This document shows positions 47,366 through 60,670 of a DNA stretch of 60,670 nt, piece by piece. Numbering within the stretch: the stretch's first letter is position 1; each line of letters opens with the position of its first letter. The stretch comes from an uncultured bacterium (GTDB lineage Bacteria > Actinomycetota > Acidimicrobiia > Spongiisociales > ZC4RG35). Position numbers and translations under genes: made by a program. The notes below the pieces were generated by a model. That model did no database searches, was not told the origin of the DNA, and saw nothing but the letters and a program-made list of their open reading frames with translations. The DNA lies in assembly GCA_965364515.1 (NCBI GenBank), contig CBDTXZ010000001.1, forward strand, positions 1-60,670, in the 5' to 3' direction.

Positions 47366-48256
47366 ATGCCTGGCTCGATCACAGACGTCTCCGGTATCTC
47401 GGTTGGACACTGGACACATGACTCTCAGCCAACCGGGTGCACCGTCGTCGTGCTCCCGGAGCCCAACACGGTCACCGTGGAAGTGCGAGGCGCAGCGCCT
47501 GGATCTCGTGAGACAGCCCTCCTCCAGCCGGGAATGCGGGTGGAGCAGGCGCAGGCGATCGCACTGTCGGGGGGAAGCGCCTTCGGACTGGCGACCGCGG
47601 ACGGGGTCATGGCAGCGCTGCTCGACGACGGGCGCGGTCACATCACTCCTGTGGGCCGCGTTCCGATCGTCCCCGCCGCCGTGATCTTCGATCTCGGAGG
47701 AGCGAGCTTCCGTCCCGGTGCCGCCGAAGGGGCAATGGCCTACCGGGCTGCCACCGACCACGATGTCCCGACCGGAGCGGTGGGGGCCGGCGCAGGGGCC
47801 ACCGTCGCCAAATGGCGGGGATTCGAGCACATGCAGCCAGGCGGCATCGGTACCGCTTCGGTCCGAGCCGGCGATGTGGTGGTGGGCGCGATCGCAGTGG
47901 TGAACGCCGTCGGTGACGCATTCAGCCTCGAAGGCGAGGCCCTGACCGGCGGCGATCCGGTGCCGGGCCCTCCGGCCCTCTTCCCAGAGACAGGGCAGAA
48001 CACCACCCTGGCCGTGGTCGCGACCAACGTGGCAATGGGACGGAGCGAGCTGACCAGGCTCGCGGTGCGCGGCCAGGACGCCTATTCGGTGTGCCTGCGA
48101 CCTTCTCACACCCGCTACGACGGAGACGCCTGCTTTGCGGTCTCCTGCGGAACGGTCAGTGGCGAGTATGCGGTCGACATCGCCTCGGAGGCCGCGTTCG
48201 AAGCCGTCGGCAGGGCGATCGAAGATGCCGTGCGGACGGGTGCGGCCCGGGGTTGA
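47366..48256 (+). CDS. P1/S58-family peptidase (DmpA/L-aminopeptidase-like)
   Basis: ITDVSGISVGHWT..TGCTVVV...LSGGSAFGL pattern typical of DmpA/BapA-type Ntn hydrolases. Confidence 0.8.
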   Translation: MPGSITDVSGISVGHWTHDSQPTGCTVVVLPEPNTVTVEVRGAAPGSRETALLQPGMRVEQAQAIALSGGSAFGLATADGVMAALLDDGRGHITPVGRVPIVPAAVIFDLGGASFRPGAAEGAMAYRAATDHDVPTGAVGAGAGATVAKWRGFEHMQPGGIGTASVRAGDVVVGAIAVVNAVGDAFSLEGEALTGGDPVPGPPALFPETGQNTTLAVVATNVAMGRSELTRLAVRGQDAYSVCLRPSHTRYDGDACFAVSCGTVSGEYAVDIASEAAFEAVGRAIEDAVRTGAARG

Positions 48257-48347
48257 GACCGAGCGATCAGCACACGGTCTGGTCGTGGCGAGGGCAGGGA
48301 CCGCTCGGAGCGGGCCTAATCTGTAGGTCGACGATCGAGGACCACCG

Positions 48348-48803
48348 GTGATCGAACTTCACTGTCCAACCGATGCCGATACCCGCGCCGCTGCCCGTCG
48401 CCTCGCTGCGCTGTGCCGCCCCGGTGACGTGATCGTGCTGAACGGGAGTCTCGGTGCCGGGAAGACGGCCTTTGCCGGCGGACTCGCCGATGGCCTCGGG
48501 GTGGACGAACCGGTCACCAGCCCGACGTTCGTCCTCATGCGAACCTACCGCTCTGGGTTCCTGCCCTTTTTCCACGTCGATGCGTATCGCCTCGGTTCCA
48601 TCGGAGAATTCGAGGATCTCGCCGCCATCGAGAGTTCCGAAGAAGGGGTCGTCGTGATCGAGTGGGGTGGCGCCGTCGCCGCAGCACTTCCGAAAGACCG
48701 ACTGGAGGTCGACTTGACACGCAACGACGACGAGTCCCGGACGATCCGTCTCCGCCCGGCGGGTTCGTGGACGACCCGCCAACTCAATGAGATCGAGGCC
48801 TGA
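48348..48803 (+). CDS. tsaE: tRNA t6A37 biosynthesis ATPase TsaE
   Basis: GSLGAGKTAFAGGL P-loop and VTSPTFVLMRTY motif. Confidence 0.92.
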   Translation: MIELHCPTDADTRAAARRLAALCRPGDVIVLNGSLGAGKTAFAGGLADGLGVDEPVTSPTFVLMRTYRSGFLPFFHVDAYRLGSIGEFEDLAAIESSEEGVVVIEWGGAVAAALPKDRLEVDLTRNDDESRTIRLRPAGSWTTRQLNEIEA

Positions 48804-49522
48804 TGCGGGTTCTGTGCATGACCACATCCACACCCGCGTCGTCGGTTGCGCTCACGGAGGACCGCCAGGTGGTTGCTTCTGCGAGTCGAATCGACGCCCG
48901 CGGGCACTCGGCGTTCCTGGTGCCTGCAATCGACTTCTGCTTCGACCAGGCCGGATGGACCCCGATGGACATCGACGCAGTCGTCGTCGACGTCGGTCCC
49001 GGCCTCTACACCGGGATCCGGGTGGGCCTCTCGACTGCGCAGGCGATCGCTGCCGCCATCGGTGCGCCGCTCGTGCCGGCGACCTCGCTCGACGCCATAG
49101 CCCTCCGCGCCGCCACCGGCAGACGCAGGATCCTGGCGATCGTCGACGTCAGGCGCGGCGAGTACGCAGCCGCTTGGTACAACCCCGTCCCCGGAGGCGT
49201 GGTGAAGGACGGACGGCCCGAGATCATGACCGCAGCCGAGGTCCGCGCGCTGCTCGATTCGGAGCCCGAGGACGTCTTGTTGGTGGGTGACGCCCAGAGT
49301 CTCCCCGAAGAGCTGCTCACCGGCATGCATCGGGTCAAGATCGGTCGGCCCCGCTACCCGAGCGCGGGGACCCTCGCCGAGGCGGCGGCCGGGCAACTGC
49401 TGTCGGACTCGACGATGCACCCCGACGAGGTGCGTCCGATGTATCTCCGTGACCCGGACGTTTCGATCAACTGGTCGATCATCGACGATCAGGGGCCGTG
49501 GGCGCGGATGGAGGGGGAATGA
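48803..49522 (+). CDS. tsaB: tRNA t6A37 biosynthesis protein TsaB
   Basis: ATGA overlap. VDVGPGLYTGIRVGLSTAQAIA motif. Confidence 0.92.
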   Translation: MRVLCMTTSTPASSVALTEDRQVVASASRIDARGHSAFLVPAIDFCFDQAGWTPMDIDAVVVDVGPGLYTGIRVGLSTAQAIAAAIGAPLVPATSLDAIALRAATGRRRILAIVDVRRGEYAAAWYNPVPGGVVKDGRPEIMTAAEVRALLDSEPEDVLLVGDAQSLPEELLTGMHRVKIGRPRYPSAGTLAEAAAGQLLSDSTMHPDEVRPMYLRDPDVSINWSIIDDQGPWARMEGE

Positions 49523-50015
49523 GCGCTGTGACGAGCCTCACCATCCGGCGAATGCAGGAAGCCGACATCGAGCTCGTGACCGTGCTCGAGGAGAAGGCGT
49601 ATTCGCAGCCGTGGAATGCCCACATCTTCGTCGAGGAGCTGCGCCAGCCGTCCCGCACGTATCTGGTCATCGAGGACATCGAGTCCGTCCTGGGCTATGC
49701 GGGATTGATGGTGGTGGGCTCCGAGGCCCACGTCACCACCGTCGTCGTGCACCCCGAGCGAAGGGACGACAAACTCGGGACCCGGCTCATGCTCGGACTC
49801 GCCGCCGAGGCGATCGAGCGAGGAGCCACATCGATGACCCTCGAGGTCAGAGCATCGAATGAGCCCGCCCAGCGGCTCTACCGCCGATTCGGCATGGCGC
49901 CGGTCGGTGTCCGCAAGAAGTACTACCAGGACGAGGACGCCATGATCATGTGGGTACACGACATCGACGGGCCCGAGTTCGCGGCCCGGATGACCGAGAT
50001 CGCGGCGGCACTCCC

Positions 50016-50019
<4 letters not shown>
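49519..50019 (+). CDS. rimI: Ribosomal-protein-alanine N-acetyltransferase (GNAT)
   Basis: ATG 49519 overlaps the tsaB stop. GNAT motifs ([17 protein letters not shown]) and synteny between tsaB and tsaD. Confidence 0.88.
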
Positions 50020-51020
<1,001 letters not shown>

Positions 51021-51072
51021 AGCCCGCCTCCCGCTCTGCGAACTGCACAAGCCGATGCGGCCTAGCGATTGA

Positions 51073-51107
51073 GCGTGGGGCGTGTTGCGTGGGGCGTGAG
51101 GCGGCTC
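51073..51107. repeat. Five GCGTGNN heptads, reading as CACGCNN on the minus strand directly after the minus-strand stop
   Basis: GCGTGGG GCGTGTT GCGTGGG GCGTGAG GCGGCTC, read directly. The last unit overlaps the TGA of the 51106..51873 gene. Confidence 0.9.
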
Positions 51108-51873
51108 ACCACGTGATCAGATCGGGATGCTCGAGGAGTTGGCGGAGTGTGGCGCCGAAGCGAGCTGCCGGGGCGCCGTCGACGATTCGGTGGTCGATCT
51201 GCACCGAGATGTCCAGGATGGTTCGGACGGTCAGTTCGCCATCGACGACCCACGGGCGGTCGCCGGCGCCGCCGATGACCACCGTGAGGGTGGAGACGGT
51301 CGGTGTGCCGATGGCATAGCCGTTCCCGCCCATCATCATGCCGACCGAGGAGACGGTCACCGTGCCGATCCGACGCCGGGCGCCGGTCGAGTGTTGCGCC
51401 GTCAGGTACATGAGCCCGATCATCCCTGGCAGGCGGCCCGCCCTGGAGCCCCAACGTTGCAACAGACGACCGCTGCCACCGCGTGTCGGATCGTGCTGGA
51501 TGGCGGTGAGCTCCTCGGAGATGTCGGCCACAGAACGCTCGTCGGCTCGGCGAATCGGATGGGCGAGTGGGAAGAAACCGGCCTCGGTCTCGACTTCGAC
51601 GATCGTGGCGATGTCGACGTGACGGTGGAGCACCAGCTTGCCCGCCCACCCTCGATAGGCATGAACCTCGGGATGGGTCGACACGGCTCGACCGACGCAG
51701 GCGAGCACGAATGCAGTGGGAGACAGCGATTCTTGGCGCAGCCGCCTCCAGGCATCGGTGACGTCGACTTGTACGAGGGCGGTCATCACGGCCATCCGTT
51801 TGCCCGACTTGAGCCCGCCCAGGACGATGCGTCGTTCGGCCGGGAAGGGATGGCGCTCGATGTCAACGGTCAT
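51106..51873 (-). CDS. Stand-alone 2-oxoacid dehydrogenase E2-type acyltransferase catalytic domain (no lipoyl or E1/E3-binding domain)
   Basis: C-terminal catalytic motif SVQIDHRIVDGAPAARF. ATG 51873 is chosen because the longer ORF to 52005 would run into the groES CIRCE/promoter region. Confidence 0.8.
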   Translation of the reverse strand: MTVDIERHPFPAERRIVLGGLKSGKRMAVMTALVQVDVTDAWRRLRQESLSPTAFVLACVGRAVSTHPEVHAYRGWAGKLVLHRHVDIATIVEVETEAGFFPLAHPIRRADERSVADISEELTAIQHDPTRGGSGRLLQRWGSRAGRLPGMIGLMYLTAQHSTGARRRIGTVTVSSVGMMMGGNGYAIGTPTVSTLTVVIGGAGDRPWVVDGELTVRTILDISVQIDHRIVDGAPAARFGATLRQLLEHPDLITW

Positions 51874-51963
51874 CGCATCACGATGGCCGAGGCCCTCCGA
51901 ACTGACCAGTGCCGAAGGCCACCCGACAACGTCCCCTTCGGACCTTGGTGCAGAACAGGGGAC

Positions 51964-51990
51964 TTGGCACTCGACGGGATCGACTGCTAA
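51964..51990 (+). promoter_or_regulatory. CIRCE (HrcA operator) copy 1, TTGGCACTC-N9-GACTGCTAA, overlapping a candidate promoter (TTGGCA-18 nt-TAAATT)
   Basis: 8/9 + 8/9 match to TTAGCACTC-N9-GAGTGCTAA, upstream of groES. Confidence 0.75.
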
Positions 51991-51998
51991 ATTGATGG

Positions 51999-52025
51999 CT
52001 AGCACTCGAAAAGTGAGAGTGCCAA
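51999..52025 (+). promoter_or_regulatory. CIRCE (HrcA operator) copy 2, CTAGCACTC-N9-GAGTGCCAA
   Basis: 8/9 + 8/9 match to the CIRCE consensus, 62 nt upstream of the groES ATG. Confidence 0.85.
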
Positions 52026-52086
52026 TCGAGCCGGGATCGAGGTCCCGGTTTTCGATTGCACGCAGAACCTACGTAGGAGGAGCTAC

Positions 52087-52377
52087 ATGAAGCTTCAGCC
52101 TCTCGGCGATCGAGTGGTCGTCAAGCCGAATGAGGATCAGGACATGCGGACGTCGTCCGGTCTGGTGATCCCTGACACGGCGAAGGAGAAGCCGCAGACA
52201 GGCGAGGTCATCGCCGTCGGACCCGGAGCGCTCGACGAGGACGGTGATCGCATGCCGATGGACGTCAAGGTCGGCGATGTCGTCCTGTACTCGAAGTTCG
52301 CCGGGACCGAGGTCAAGCTCGAGGGTGGCGATCATCTCGTCCTCTCGTCCCGCGACCTGCTCGCGATCGTCAACTGA
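52087..52377 (+). CDS. groES: Co-chaperonin GroES
   Basis: [14 protein letters not shown]...[23 protein letters not shown] motif and a GGAGGAG SD. Confidence 0.98.
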   Translation: MKLQPLGDRVVVKPNEDQDMRTSSGLVIPDTAKEKPQTGEVIAVGPGALDEDGDRMPMDVKVGDVVLYSKFAGTEVKLEGGDHLVLSSRDLLAIVN

Positions 52378-54030
<1,653 letters not shown>

Positions 54031-54052
54031 TCCACACCGGATCACGAGCCAC

Positions 54053-54087
54053 GAGAGAGGGACCCGCACGGGTCCCTCTCTCTTTTT
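54053..54087 (+). terminator. Intrinsic terminator after groEL
   Basis: 13-bp stem GAGAGAGGGACCC / GGGTCCCTCTCTC with loop GCAC, followed by TTTTT. Confidence 0.9.
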
Positions 54088-54197
54088 GTGGCTCCGACGC
54101 GACCGTGCCTCTTTTCCGGGTCACCCACCGGTGCCGCTCGGCTCATGACCGGCATTTCAGGCGGCCGGCGAGGCTCTCGCGTCGTATCGTCCTAGGC

Positions 54198-54973
54198 GTG
54201 CAGTACGCCGACCACGTGAATCATCTGGAGCGATACTCGGCGCGGTTCCTCGAACTGGCTCGATTCGCCGACCTCGAGGCCGCCGTCCCGAGCTGTCCCG
54301 GCTGGAGCGTCGCCGATCTGGTCTTTCACCTCGCCGAGGTCCAGCACTTCTGGGCGAGCATCGTGGCGGGTCGGCTCGACGATCCTGGCGGGGTCGAGGC
54401 GAAGTCGAGGCCGGATGATGCGACCCTGGTGGAGTTCTTCGACGTGTCCCGCCAGGCGCTCGGGGCTGCACTGGAAGCGGCCGCTCCAGCGGACCCCTGC
54501 TGGAGTTGGTCGGAGATCGGCGGCACGGTCGGCTGGGTCGCCAGGCGCCAGCATCACGAGGCGGCGATCCATCTCGCAGACCTGGAGCTCGCCTCGGACA
54601 ACTCACCGCATCTGCACCACCAGACCGCCGTGGACGGGATCAACGAGATGATCGACGTGATGCTCGGCGATTTCCCGGCGTGGATGAAGTACGAGCCGGA
54701 ATGGCTGGTCGAGGTCGACGTGCCAGATTTCGACACTCCCACACTCATGACCGTCGGAACCCTGTCGGGCACCGGCCCCGAGTCTGGAACCGTGTATCTC
54801 GACCTGCCGGGGGCCCGACGGGCCGAGTACGGACTCCCCGACGCCATCGTCAGCGGATCGGCCGAGGCGATGGACCTGTGGCTGTGGGGGAGAGGGCCGG
54901 TGGACGATCTCTCCGTCACGGGCGACGCCGAAGCAGTCGAAGCGCTCCGGCTGGCGATCGCAGACGGGACGCA

Positions 54974-54977
<4 letters not shown>
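54198..54977 (+). CDS. Maleylpyruvate-isomerase-family mycothiol-dependent enzyme (DinB_2/MDMPI_N fold); start uncertain (GTG 54105, 54198 or 54216)
   Basis: CPGWSVADLVFHLAEVQHFW and RRQHHEAAIHLADLE motifs typical of the family. Confidence 0.8.
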
Positions 54978-57512
<2,535 letters not shown>

Positions 57513-57519
57513 GCCGATG

Positions 57520-58179
57520 TCACGGCTCGTCTCGTGATTCGATCGCTTCGGCCCAGTTCTCCCGCGCCTCGTTGGCTGCGGCGAAGCTGACCACGAGCGC
57601 TGCCGCCGGGTCGGCCCACCACCAGCCGAGCGTGGCATTCAAGAGGAGCCCGAGCATCGTTGATGTTGAGAGGATGCCGTCCAGGAACGTCATGGTCGCC
57701 TCGGCTTCGAGCGGCGTCGACCTCAGCTGTGTCGCTATTCGCCGTTTTGCGAACGCGAGACCGAACATCACGACCGCGGTGACGGCGAGATAGGCGATTC
57801 CCCAGGGTGACTCGTCTGGACGTCGCCCGACGACCAGATCGCGAGTGCTGACAGCGAACAGCGCAAGCGCCAACACAGCGAACGCGATCGCCACGAGCCG
57901 GTGTGCCCTGGCAGTTCGCCCCCCATGGCCGTGAGATGACGGACGGAGGTGCCACACGACCACCACCGAAGCGAACACCTCCACGATGGAGACCGTGCCG
58001 AATCCGATCAACGCCAGCGAGGAGGCGACCGCTCCGAGTGCGATGGTGAGAAACGCTTCTCCGACGTTCCAGCCCACGGTTGCGTATTCGAGTCTCAGTG
58101 CAAGCCTCGTCAGGCGCGATGCATCGTGTGAGATGTCGGTGTCGTGTCCGGTCAGGTCGGCTCCTCCGTCAGAGGGCAT
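57520..58179 (-). CDS. Cation-transporter-like membrane protein (CDF-like transmembrane domain only)
   Basis: About six TM segments. LEYATVGWNVGEAFLTIALGAVASSLALIGFGTVSIVEV resembles the short proteins annotated as 'cation transporter'. Confidence 0.65.
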   Translation of the reverse strand: MPSDGGADLTGHDTDISHDASRLTRLALRLEYATVGWNVGEAFLTIALGAVASSLALIGFGTVSIVEVFASVVVVWHLRPSSHGHGGRTARAHRLVAIAFAVLALALFAVSTRDLVVGRRPDESPWGIAYLAVTAVVMFGLAFAKRRIATQLRSTPLEAEATMTFLDGILSTSTMLGLLLNATLGWWWADPAAALVVSFAAANEARENWAEAIESRDEP

Positions 58180-58277
58180 TATCGCCGATCACGGGACGGG
58201 CGCCGGTCGGCTTGCTCCCGCCAGGTCGGATGGCATACTGACAGCGGGCCTGGGAACCGACCAACCAAGGGATTCCC

Positions 58278-59855
58278 ATGCGCACCCGTCTCATCTCACT
58301 CATCGCGGTGACTCTGATGAGCTCGCTCATCCCCGTCGGTGCCACTCCCGCGTCCGCAGCCGAGAACGCCGCCGGCACGGTGTATGCCGGGATGTACTCA
58401 TCGGAGTTCTTCTCGTCCGACGACTTCGACGCCTTCGCCGCGGCTGCAGGCAAGCGCATGACGTTTGGTGGAACCTTCCATCATCCGCTCGAGTCCGAGG
58501 GCTCCAACTGGGAGTTGAACACCGAAAAACTGCTCGAAGAGGTATGGCAGGGTCAGGCGACCCCGTTCGCCAACCTCGAGGTGAGCGTCTCGGCCTTCAC
58601 CATCGCCTCGGGCGGCTACGACGCCGAGATCACCGCATGGGCGAATCGCGTCAAACGGTGGCTCGACAGGGGAGGGGGCCGGTCGATGTTCATCGCCCCT
58701 CTTCAGGAGATGAACGGCGACTGGGTTCCCTACGGCATGGATCCGGGCAACTTCAAGCTGGCCTTCAAACGCATCAGAGACATCTTTCGGAGTCTCGGGA
58801 TGGACGAGACCGAGGTCCGATGGGTCTTCGCTCCGAATGGCTGGTCGACGCCGCCGCACACCCAGGTCGACTATTACCCCGGTGACGACGTGGTCGATCT
58901 GATCGGCTTCTCTGCCTACAACTTCGGCTCGACCCTCGACCGGTGGTCGTCGGTCTACGAGGTGATGGGAGGCGTGTTCGAGGAGGCTCGCACCTACGCA
59001 CCCGAGAAGCCGTTCGTGCTCTCACAGACGGCAAGCTCACCTTCTGGCGGAGACCGAGACGCCTGGCTGGCCGAGATGTTCGCCTTCGTGGCGAACGATC
59101 CGAATGCCCTGGGCTTCGTCTACTTCAATCTGAATCGCGAGACCGACTGGCGGATGTGGACCGGCAGCTCGCTCGCGTCCGGGTTCGCGACGGGGATGGC
59201 CCAACCAGCCACCGAGTACGTCTGGCCGATGACGTCCTGGTTCCAACCGGGACCGCTTCCGTTCGGTGCCGGTGCGCCGACTCCTGCGCCCACGATCCCG
59301 CTGCCGGCCGACTTCTGCTTCTCCGCCACGACCGGCGATGCCGGCTTCGCCGACGTGCCGGACGGACAGTTCTTCACCGAGCCGGTCTCCTGGGCGGTGA
59401 CGTCACAGATCACGACGGGATTCACCGACGGCACCTTTCGACCCGCCGACGTCGTCACGCGCGCGCAGCTGGCGGTGTTCCTCTGGAGGCTCTCGTGCTC
59501 GCCCAACGTCGCAGAGGAGTCGACGTTCACCGACGTCCCGGCCGGGCAGTACTACTCGGAGGCCGTTGCCTGGCTGGTCGGTACCGGGATCACGTCGGGG
59601 ACCGGCCCCGGCCGCTTCTCGCCGGAGGAGGCGGTCGATCGTGGACAGATGGCGGTCTTCCTCCATCGCCTGGTCGGAGAGCCGTCCTCCGGTGCTGCAG
59701 GGTTCGCCGACGTCGGTGACGAGTATTTCGCCGAGGCTGTCGCCTGGCTGGCGGCGGCGGGCATCACGTCGGGCTACCCCGACGGCCTCTTCCACCCCGG
59801 CGACGCCGTGACGCGGGCGCAGATGGTCACGTTTCTCGACCGGTTCGCCCGCTGA
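58278..59855 (+). CDS. Secreted GH26-like glycoside hydrolase (beta-mannanase-type) with three C-terminal SLH domains
   Basis: Signal peptide MRTRLISLIAVTLMSSLIPVGATPASA. FIAPLQEMNGDW (GH26-like catalytic Glu context). Three repeats of F[AT]DVP...W......GIT.G.....F.P...VTRAQ.A.FL.R. Confidence 0.8.
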   Translation: MRTRLISLIAVTLMSSLIPVGATPASAAENAAGTVYAGMYSSEFFSSDDFDAFAAAAGKRMTFGGTFHHPLESEGSNWELNTEKLLEEVWQGQATPFANLEVSVSAFTIASGGYDAEITAWANRVKRWLDRGGGRSMFIAPLQEMNGDWVPYGMDPGNFKLAFKRIRDIFRSLGMDETEVRWVFAPNGWSTPPHTQVDYYPGDDVVDLIGFSAYNFGSTLDRWSSVYEVMGGVFEEARTYAPEKPFVLSQTASSPSGGDRDAWLAEMFAFVANDPNALGFVYFNLNRETDWRMWTGSSLASGFATGMAQPATEYVWPMTSWFQPGPLPFGAGAPTPAPTIPLPADFCFSATTGDAGFADVPDGQFFTEPVSWAVTSQITTGFTDGTFRPADVVTRAQLAVFLWRLSCSPNVAEESTFTDVPAGQYYSEAVAWLVGTGITSGTGPGRFSPEEAVDRGQMAVFLHRLVGEPSSGAAGFADVGDEYFAEAVAWLAAAGITSGYPDGLFHPGDAVTRAQMVTFLDRFAR

Positions 59856-60311
59856 TCAGCCGGTATCGCCGGGCGGATCGAATCGCTGTTTGAACGTGAA
59901 TGCCTCCGGTGTCGGGCCGTTTGCCCGCAGCATCTGCAGCCGCTCGTCTGCCTCCTCGATGGTGGGGGTGTGCCCGGCGGGGATCCACCACATGACGAGG
60001 TGCGGCTCGGCGTTGCGCTCGAACCATTCCCTGCGGCGTTTGAACACCGTGGCGTGGTCCGACTTGTAGGTGTATTCCCACAGCGAGTCGGGGTCGGTCC
60101 ACACCGAGAAGTTGATGATCATCCGGTCGTCCGGGTACGGGCGGAGCGCCGTTGAGTCACCTTCCTCGGTTTGATGGCGCCACACGAACCCGGGGGATTG
60201 CTCGGCCAGCCGGTTGATCGGTTCCAATGCAGTGACGAAGTCGGACACACCGGGATCGTCGAGCGGTGCTCGGAGCCGTGCGACGTTGTACTGGGCGAGG
60301 TGGTACCTCAC
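59856..60311 (-). CDS. DUF3291-domain protein
   Basis: GTG 60311 (MRYHLAQYNVARLRAPLDDP...FVWR) overlaps the glgA stop (GTGA). The rest of ORF ..60593 overlaps glgA out of frame. Confidence 0.8.
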   Translation of the reverse strand: MRYHLAQYNVARLRAPLDDPGVSDFVTALEPINRLAEQSPGFVWRHQTEEGDSTALRPYPDDRMIINFSVWTDPDSLWEYTYKSDHATVFKRRREWFERNAEPHLVMWWIPAGHTPTIEEADERLQMLRANGPTPEAFTFKQRFDPPGDTG

Positions 60312-60670
60312 GACAACGACTGATACAGCGCGACGTACTCGTCTGCGCGTTCCTCCCACGAGAACGTCCCGGCCATCGCCCGGTCTACGACGGCCCGCCA
60401 TTCCTCGGGCCGCGTGTGCAGGTCGAGTGCCCTCCCGAGGGCAGCTCCGAAGGCATGCTCGGAGAACTCCTCGAAAACGAATCCGTTCCCATCCGGCTCC
60501 GACACGTCGGTGACCGTGTCGGCGAGGCCACCGACGCGGCGCACCACTGGAAGTGTTCCGTACACCAGGCTGTACATCGGGTTGAGACCGCACGGTTCGT
60601 ACAGCGACGGCGTGAGGAAGATGTCGGATCCGGCTTCGATCAGATGGGCCAGGTCGTTGTCGTAGCCCGC
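60308..60670 (-). CDS. glgA: Glycogen (starch) synthase, C-terminal part; the 5' end lies beyond the window
   Basis: The frame is open to the window edge. DIFLTPSLYEPCGLNPMYSLVYGTLPVVRRVGGLADTV is the conserved GlgA C-terminal motif. Confidence 0.9.
   Translation of the reverse strand, partial: AGYDNDLAHLIEAGSDIFLTPSLYEPCGLNPMYSLVYGTLPVVRRVGGLADTVTDVSEPDGNGFVFEEFSEHAFGAALGRALDLHTRPEEWRAVVDRAMAGTFSWEERADEYVALYQSLS

Noticed and set aside
46533-47684. 383-aa plus-strand ORF running across the alr/peptidase boundary
   Set aside because: It is out of frame with both recognised genes and very Arg-rich.

Overview
This is a GC-rich, almost fully coding, core-genome window of Actinomycetota type. 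The lineage call rests on mycothiol-type DinB/MDMPI enzymes, furA-katG, GuaB1 and the alr-tsaEB-rimI-tsaD-groESL synteny. The backbone is the S10-spc-alpha ribosomal superoperon: rpsJ through rplO-secY-adk-map, then rpmJ-rpsM-rpsK-rpsD-rpoA-rplQ, truA and rplM-rpsI-glmM. After it come furA-katG, nnr-alr, tsaE-tsaB-rimI-tsaD, groES-groEL, a guaB1-type gene, a secreted GH26-SLH enzyme and the 3' end of glgA. The 5' end of the window holds an NfnAB-like oxidoreductase pair, a ClC channel, two membrane proteins, a RecQ-ComF fusion helicase, a DinB-fold protein and a ferritin. I saw no rRNA, tRNA, CRISPR array, transposase or integrase, and I found no protein-level gene set that convincingly looks like a new defence or mobile system. 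The most unusual signal is non-coding. It is a recurrent family of strictly 7-nt-periodic tandem arrays (CACGCNN, GCGTGNN, GCYNNCA, CGTCNCA), most of which start within about 0-11 nt of a stop codon. Several lie inside the ribosomal operons, and some form two-armed bulged hairpins. Other points of interest:
- The conserved superoperon is interrupted at two junctions by unrelated genes, and infA is missing from its usual site.
- Ribosomal proteins S3 and L3 carry long low-complexity extensions.
- An ECF sigma/anti-sigma pair sits next to a secreted paralogue of the anti-sigma ectodomain, and both carry poly-Asp/Ser tails.
- A RecQ helicase is fused to a ComF-type phosphoribosyltransferase domain.
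- An SLH-domain gene remnant ends in one of the repeat elements.
All functional calls come from reading the translations and motifs by eye. No database search was run.
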